Below, one piece after another: positions 38,037 to 43,721 of a DNA stretch of 43,721 nt. The position numbers and the translations under genes were made by a program. The notes beneath the pieces are model-generated. The model did not search any database. It was given only the letters and a program-made list of their open reading frames with translations, and had not been told where the DNA came from. Origin of the DNA: Bigelowiella natans CCMP2755 (Eukaryota > Protista > Cercozoa); contig ADNK01001402.1 of assembly GCA_000320545.1 (NCBI GenBank), positions 1 to 43,721 on the forward strand, read 5' to 3'. The stretch's first letter is position 1, and each line of letters opens with the position of its first letter.

Positions 38037-39923
38037 CTACATAGCTTGTGGCGACCGCTTCCGCTTTCTTGAGCTTGTGGCGACCGCTTCGGCTCCCAAC
38101 CCTCGCTTCAATTCTGTGCTCAAGAAGTACACATCACTAAAGTCTCTGTTGAACACCTGGACTCGTCGCTCAATGCAATAATGCTTGATGAAGATTTTAG
38201 TCTCTTGATGGTTTGTCAAGTCATAGGGAGTTTGTCCATCTCTGTTTTTAGCCTCGATGTTTGCCTTCATGTCAACCAGGAATTTTACGATGTCCAGATG
38301 ACCATTTTTGGAACCACGAATCAACGGAGTCATACCTAAAGCATCGTAATGCAATCACTTCAAATTATGTATCATCTTCTACAACCGATGCCTCGATGCT
38401 AGCATTGGGAACCCACAGTCTTCGTCTTTCGCCTCGATGTTTGCCTTCATGTCAACCAGGTACTTTACGATCTCCAAATGACCAATACTGGAACACCAAG
38501 ACAACGGAGTCATACCTAAAGCATCGTAATGCAATCACTTCAAATTATGTATCATCTTCTACAACTGATGCCTCAATGATGCCTCAATGCTAGCATTGGG
38601 AACCCACCGTATCTGTCTTTCGCCTCGATGTTTGTCTTCATGTCAATCAGGTACTTTACGATCTCCAAATGACCATGTTGGGAACCACAAATCAATGGAG
38701 TATTATCTAATGTATTGTTATGCAATTGTTTTAAATTATGTATCATCTTATACAACCGCTTCCTCAATGCTAGCATTGGTACCCACCATTAAATCCTTTC
38801 GCCTCGATGTTTGCCTTCATGTCAACCAGGTACTTTACGATATCCAAATGACCAGCATTGGAACCCTTTGTCAACGGAGTATAATCTAATGTATTGTTAT
38901 GCAATTGTTTTAAATTATGTATCATCTCGTACAACCGCTGCCTGAATGCTAGCATTGGTACCCACCATCATATCCTCTCGCCTCGATATTTGCCTTCATG
39001 TCAACCAGGTACTTTACGATCTCCAAATGACCATTTTTGGAACCAAAAAATAACGGAGTATTATCTAATGTATTGTTATGCAAGAATTAGAAATTATGTA
39101 TCATCTTCTACAACTGATGCCTCAATGCTAGCATTGGGAACCCACTGTGTGCGCCTTTCGCCTTAATGTTTGCCTTCATGTCAACCAGGTACTTTACGAT
39201 ATCCAGATGACCATTTTCGGAACCACACATCAACGGAGTATAACCTAATGTATTGTTATGCAATAGTTCCAAATCATGCATCATCTTATACAATTGCTGC
39301 CTCAATGGTAGCATTGGTTCTTACGGTATTCGTCCTCTTCGTCTTTCGCCTCGATGTTTGCCTTCATGTCAACCAGGTACTTTACGATCTCCAAATGACC
39401 ATTTTTGGAACCATAAAACAAAGGAGTATTACCTAATGTATTGTTATGTAATAGTTATATACTATGTTACATCTCAAAACTGCTGCCTTATCTCAATGCT
39501 AGCACTGGTACCCACCGCTTTGGTTTTCCGCCTCAATGTTTGCCTTCATGTCAACCAGGTACTTTACGATATCCAGATGACCATTTTCGGAACCACACAT
39601 CAACGGAGTATAACCTAATGTATTGTTATGCAATAGTTCCAAATCATGCATCATCTTATACAATTGCTGCCTCAATGGTAGCATTGGTTCTTACGGTATT
39701 CGTCCTCTTCGTCTTTCGCCTCGATGTTTGCCTTCATGTCAACCAGGTACTTTACGATCTCCAAATGACCATTTTTGGAACCATAAAACAAAGGAGTATT
39801 ACCTAATGTATTGTTATGCATTTGTTACAAATTATGAATCATCTTCTACAACCGATGCCTTAATGCTAGCATTGGTACCTACCTTCTCCGCATCTCGCCT
39901 CAATGTTTGCCTTCATGTCAACC
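38037..39923 (-). CDS. Ankyrin-repeat protein with one repeat per exon; 5' end missing or interrupted (possibly a pseudogene)
   Basis: Phase-1 exons 39802-39695, 39614-39516, 39432-39325, 39244-39146, 39064-38966, 38885-38787, 38706-38608 and 38515-38417 (99 or 108 nt) each encode xTPLxxGSxxGHL[E/D]IVKYLVDMKANIEAxxxx. A partial exon lies at 39923-39883. The terminal exon 38335-38037 adds one more repeat plus GQTPYDL and a tail ending RKRKRSPQAM*. Confidence 0.85.
38256..39923 (-). repeat. Tandem array of ~10 exon+intron units, period ~180-190 bp
   Basis: The + strand motif ttgccttcatgtcaacc recurs at about 38261, 38441, 38631 (variant), 38811, 38991, 39171, 39359, 39541, 39729 and 39908. The intervening introns (GTGGGT/GTAAGA...AATGCTA...GATACATAATTT...TTAG) are also homologous. 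Confidence 0.95.
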
Positions 39924-42124
39924 GTCTCGAAAAGGCGGTCACTCTCCTTTGGCTTCGCCGAACAGGTACCTCCTCGGTTCGTTGTGGTCGTGTGCGAGTG
40001 ACCTGACCACTCAGTGAGACTCTCGAAGCATTGCAATGTGTGGTTGTTGTTTTTGCGAGGGGGGGATCCAACCCCCTGGTGGTGTCTGACACCTCGCATG
40101 AGAGCCGCCTGTTCGTGTGCTCGAGACTCGTGAGGAAGCGGAAGACCTGACTCGCGCTCTCATCGCCAAGTGGAAACACGGTCGTTCCTTGGATCGAGTG
40201 CTGTCTGAGCACAAAACAGTGAAGTCTCATTGGGTCTCATGGCGACCGTGCGTGGACTGGGATTAAGGGAGCTCGGAACGGAGAGTTCGCATTTTTTATT
40301 TCTGCTTTCGGCCATACAATGTAACGGGCGAGTTTCAAATTACGAAAAAGTGTCATTCACTCATCGGTCCGAGTCATTTCAGTCTCCAGATGGAGCGTTT
40401 TACTTAGCCACGCCACATCCTTGGCCTTCAACGCGAAGAAAATGTTTGTACCTGCCATACGAATAAGAATAGGGTCATTGTATAGGGAAGTGGGATGAAT
40501 TGCACGTCTGTTTGGAATGAAACCTAGAGGCGCCTTCTGTTTGTACGACCCGGTTGCACAAAGGATATTTACATGGCTAATTTGTGAAAGAAATCAAGGC
40601 GAAGTACCGAGAACAACTACAGATATCAAAGCGAGCGAATGTGAGATGGACGTAGCTTCTGGCAGCATTCCCAACCCGATTGGACCCACTCAAAACGCTA
40701 AATCGCCAGCCTGCAATGAATGCGTGAAATGCTTGAACATTCCGACACAGCACACTTTAGCTGGCGCGACACAATTGCTTTACTATCTATGCTATTAATT
40801 ATTTTTACTAGAAATGCTGCAATTCGTAACTGCAAACGTTTTGTAACATTTTAGGATTGCTAGCTTTGCATCATCATTGTTCATTGACGATCATCAATGC
40901 ATTGTTCAAGCCATCACGAACATTCATTACTAATTTTTGGCTTGAGCACGAACAAGCCGAACAATGAACAACAATGACAAACTAAATTTCCAGAATTTAG
41001 TGAGGACTACCTGGTGCACAAACAGTGCAACCAGCATGATTCAAAAAATGGCATTCTGGCTGTTCTGAAACAGCATGTCGCAACAATTACAATGCACACA
41101 TGCAAGGCCGGCATTTGCAAAGCAGCACGAATCGAAACGCAGTGCACATGCCGCCTCGAGGCATGAACCAGCATGATTTCTACACAGCCTTCTAGCCTTG
41201 TGGGGCCACAGAGCGTGCGGGGTTTGAGGCACACACGTTCTCTGAGACATGTCTAGATGTGTGGTTTGATGGAAATGCACATGTTCGCACGTGTGCACGC
41301 CACAAGAACTTGAACATATGAACCCACTCAGCAAATGTCATCTGACATGAATCAGTCATCACACAATTTGTGATGACACATGCAATGAGAGTGCAATGAA
41401 CATGGAATGCATGATGCAATTCCCTGAAACGTTGAGTGCGGTAGGCACAAGTGCGACTAGCATTCGCAAGGAGAAACAGACAAAAACACAGGCGATTTCA
41501 TGAGAGAATGAAGTCCGCCACTAGCCAACAGCGCAATCGTAACAGTCTCTCTTGAATCAACAGCATCGAGAATTGTGCTGATGCACACACAATGCAAATG
41601 TAGTCATTGACAGGACAAGTGAAGTTGTAACTGTGTTAAATTCAACTTGCGTTACGCTTTGCTACGTACGCTGCACAGCCTCGTGGGGCTGTGCAGATTT
41701 CAAAATGATTGGTGAACAGAACGAATGACACATGAACAACAATGAACGAAGTGATGACAGACTGCATTTCCAAAAGCATGTTGCAAGACATTTGTTTGCA
41801 TGCAAAGTGTGCGATCGAACGTGCGGTGCCTGAACCACCACGCTAGCTTCATGACAGCACGTGCATCTGTGATTGTTGGCGGCTCGTCGTTCGAATGACA
41901 ATGTCTCGGTTTCCACATTCAACACTGTTGCAGATGCAGCGTACGTAGCAATGAGCTGACATGTAGCTTTAGTTTGCGCCTTACTGTTCCTGCATGCCGG
42001 CAAGCAGCACCACAGATGACATGCGATGATGGACAACGGGCCAGAAAACCAGCAGGGATACGATGCAAGTTCGCGGCACTATCATTGCCCTCTGGCTCGC
42101 CTTCCGACAGGTTTTGACGATGAA

Positions 42125-42469
42125 TCACTCCTTCTGCTTGGCCTCCCCACCGTCATTATCATCGTCAGCAGCGCGAACTTCAGTTCCTGCTTCGTTGTCG
42201 ACGCAAGCATCTGCACCCTCCTCCTCATTATCATCTCCTTCCATGTCGTCCATAAAGGTATTGGCATCAGCCATGGCCTCATCTCCACCCTCCTCGCCCT
42301 CTCCTTCTTCTCCTCCTCCTCCTCCTCTTTCCGCATCATCATCTTCCACAGCAGCAATCTCAGCCGCTTCTTCGACAGGGGCTGCTGTGCTGGAGTCGAT
42401 GGCGTCCTTTTCCTCCTTCTCTGCTTCCCCTTCCTGGTCGGCTGCTGTCGGACTGTTGGGCTGAGCAAT

Positions 42470-42502
<33 letters not shown>

Positions 42503-43076
42503 ATAAAGCACGGTGACTGCTGATTCATGCCAACGTCATTGAACAGGGCCCGAGATGTATGCATGCATGCAGCAATTTTTTGATTTTTTTGCGATGATAC
42601 CTCCTCCTCCTCCTCCTCCCCCTCCTCTTGCTCCTTCTTCTCAATTCCCCCAGCTCCTTCAACTGCTTCCTCCGTTTGCTCTTGCTCATCGTCAGCATTC
42701 TCGTCCGTAGCGGCCGCATCATCAACCTGTTCCCCCACCCCTTCCTCCTCTTCTTCAGCCTCTTGAAGAGCAGGAGCAACCTCGGATGTTTGCGGCAGCG
42801 CTGACCTCTCCCCGAGCTCCTCCTCTAATCGCGACAGCGTTTCTTTCAACGATCTGCACACATGGCGATGTGGTTGCGAGCGGTGAGGTGATGAGGCAGG
42901 AAGATTAGATAGGGCGACATCGATCATTAGATGATTGATTGATCGATATATTTTAATGGTGGATTGTGAGTACTAACACGCAAAACAATAAATTGACCAG
43001 ACGCAACGAAGAAGGCAACAAATGCCGGGCAAATATGCATGAGGTCGTCAGTCAGCACAGTTAATGTCCTTCCATA

Positions 43077-43115
<39 letters not shown>

Positions 43116-43721
43116 TAATTTAATATATTTTATATATTACGAGATCTCTGCTTTAGCTACTTCATTTGCCTCTACGAGAGCGTCTGCTTTATCATAGTCC
43201 TGGAAATAATGACAACAACAACAACAACAACGAAGAGTACGACGGACGTCCACGAAGAAATCGGCACATCAATATTTACACCAACATTTACTTGCCCACA
43301 TTCTGGGAGAAACAGTCGGAGAGGGGGGGGGGGGGGGGGGGGGATATTCGATATAGCATATGTGTTGTGTGCAGTTGATCGTAAACGTAGAAACAAATGC
43401 ACTTATTGAAACAAAGCTCTACGAGCAGATAACCACATACTTCGGCCTCTGCAGCAGCGTCAATTTCAGCTTCCCTTTCCTTCGTTATAGTAATAATAAT
43501 AAGAAGAAGAAGAATCATCATCATCATCGTCGTCGTCATCGTCACCATCGTCATCGTTATCGTCTCCATATAATGGCGACTTACATGGATCTCATTTTCG
43601 AGAGCTTCGAGCTTAGCCTTCGTCTCTGCTGCAAGCTTTGTCAACTTGCCATCATCGCTCTTCTCACCACCGCTTTGCTTGTCTTCCCCTGCTTTGATAT
43701 CCTCCTTCTCCTTCTCCTCCT
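42125..43721 (-). CDS. 3' part of an acidic, low-complexity coiled-coil protein with a UVR-like motif; 5' part beyond the right edge
   Basis: Phase-compatible exons give ...KLEALENEIH|EREAEIDAAAEAE|DYDKADALVEANEVAKAEIS|SLKETLSRLEEELGE...EEEEEE|PNSPTAADQEGEAE...GGEAKQKE*. AAEAEDYDKADAL resembles the UVR (AxxxEDYExAxxL) motif. No family could be assigned. Confidence 0.6.

Noticed and set aside
38256-39923. CRISPR-like or diversity-generating-retroelement interpretation of the regularly spaced repeats with variable segments
   Set aside because: The units are ~180 bp spliceosomal exon+intron pairs encoding ankyrin repeats. There are no cas or reverse transcriptase genes nearby and no adenine-specific mutagenesis pattern.
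39170-40006. Repeated Cys/Tyr-rich + strand ORFs (e.g. CLPSCQPGTLRSPNDHFWNH)
   Set aside because: They are antisense readings of the ankyrin units; the splice signals and protein consensus are on the minus strand.
41671-41696. Perfect 10-bp hairpin ctgcacagcc-tcgtgg-ggctgtgcag (and a 9-bp one at 41355-41377) as a possible Helitron 3' end or terminator
   Set aside because: There is no CTRR terminus at the expected distance on either strand, and short palindromes are expected in TGCA-rich sequence.

Overview
A gene-dense eukaryotic (protist-like) nuclear window with GT-AG introns that are often packed with microsatellites. I assembled the gene models by hand from splice signals and reading-frame phase, so exon edges are predictions. 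In order: the 5' part of VPS18 (-, runs off the left edge); a decayed LINE 3' remnant; a ~11 kb KDM5/JARID1-type histone demethylase lacking the ARID domain (-); a ~11.4 kb gene whose exons splice in phase into two dCache-like sensor domains fused to a complete two-pore channel (+); a Delta7-sterol C5-desaturase (+); intronless SCO1 (-); flagellar DRC5/TCTE1 (+); a 5'-truncated ankyrin gene built from ~10 tandem exon+intron units, one repeat per exon (-); and the 3' part of an acidic coiled-coil gene (-, runs off the right edge). The two best candidates for undescribed biology are the Cache-Cache-TPC fusion, which looks like a ligand-gated Ca2+ channel, and the ankyrin exon-cassette array, whose variation sits at binding-surface positions. 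I saw no tRNA, rRNA or CRISPR array. The organism cannot be identified from the sequence; DRC5 implies a flagellated stage. Domain calls come from recalled motifs, not database searches.
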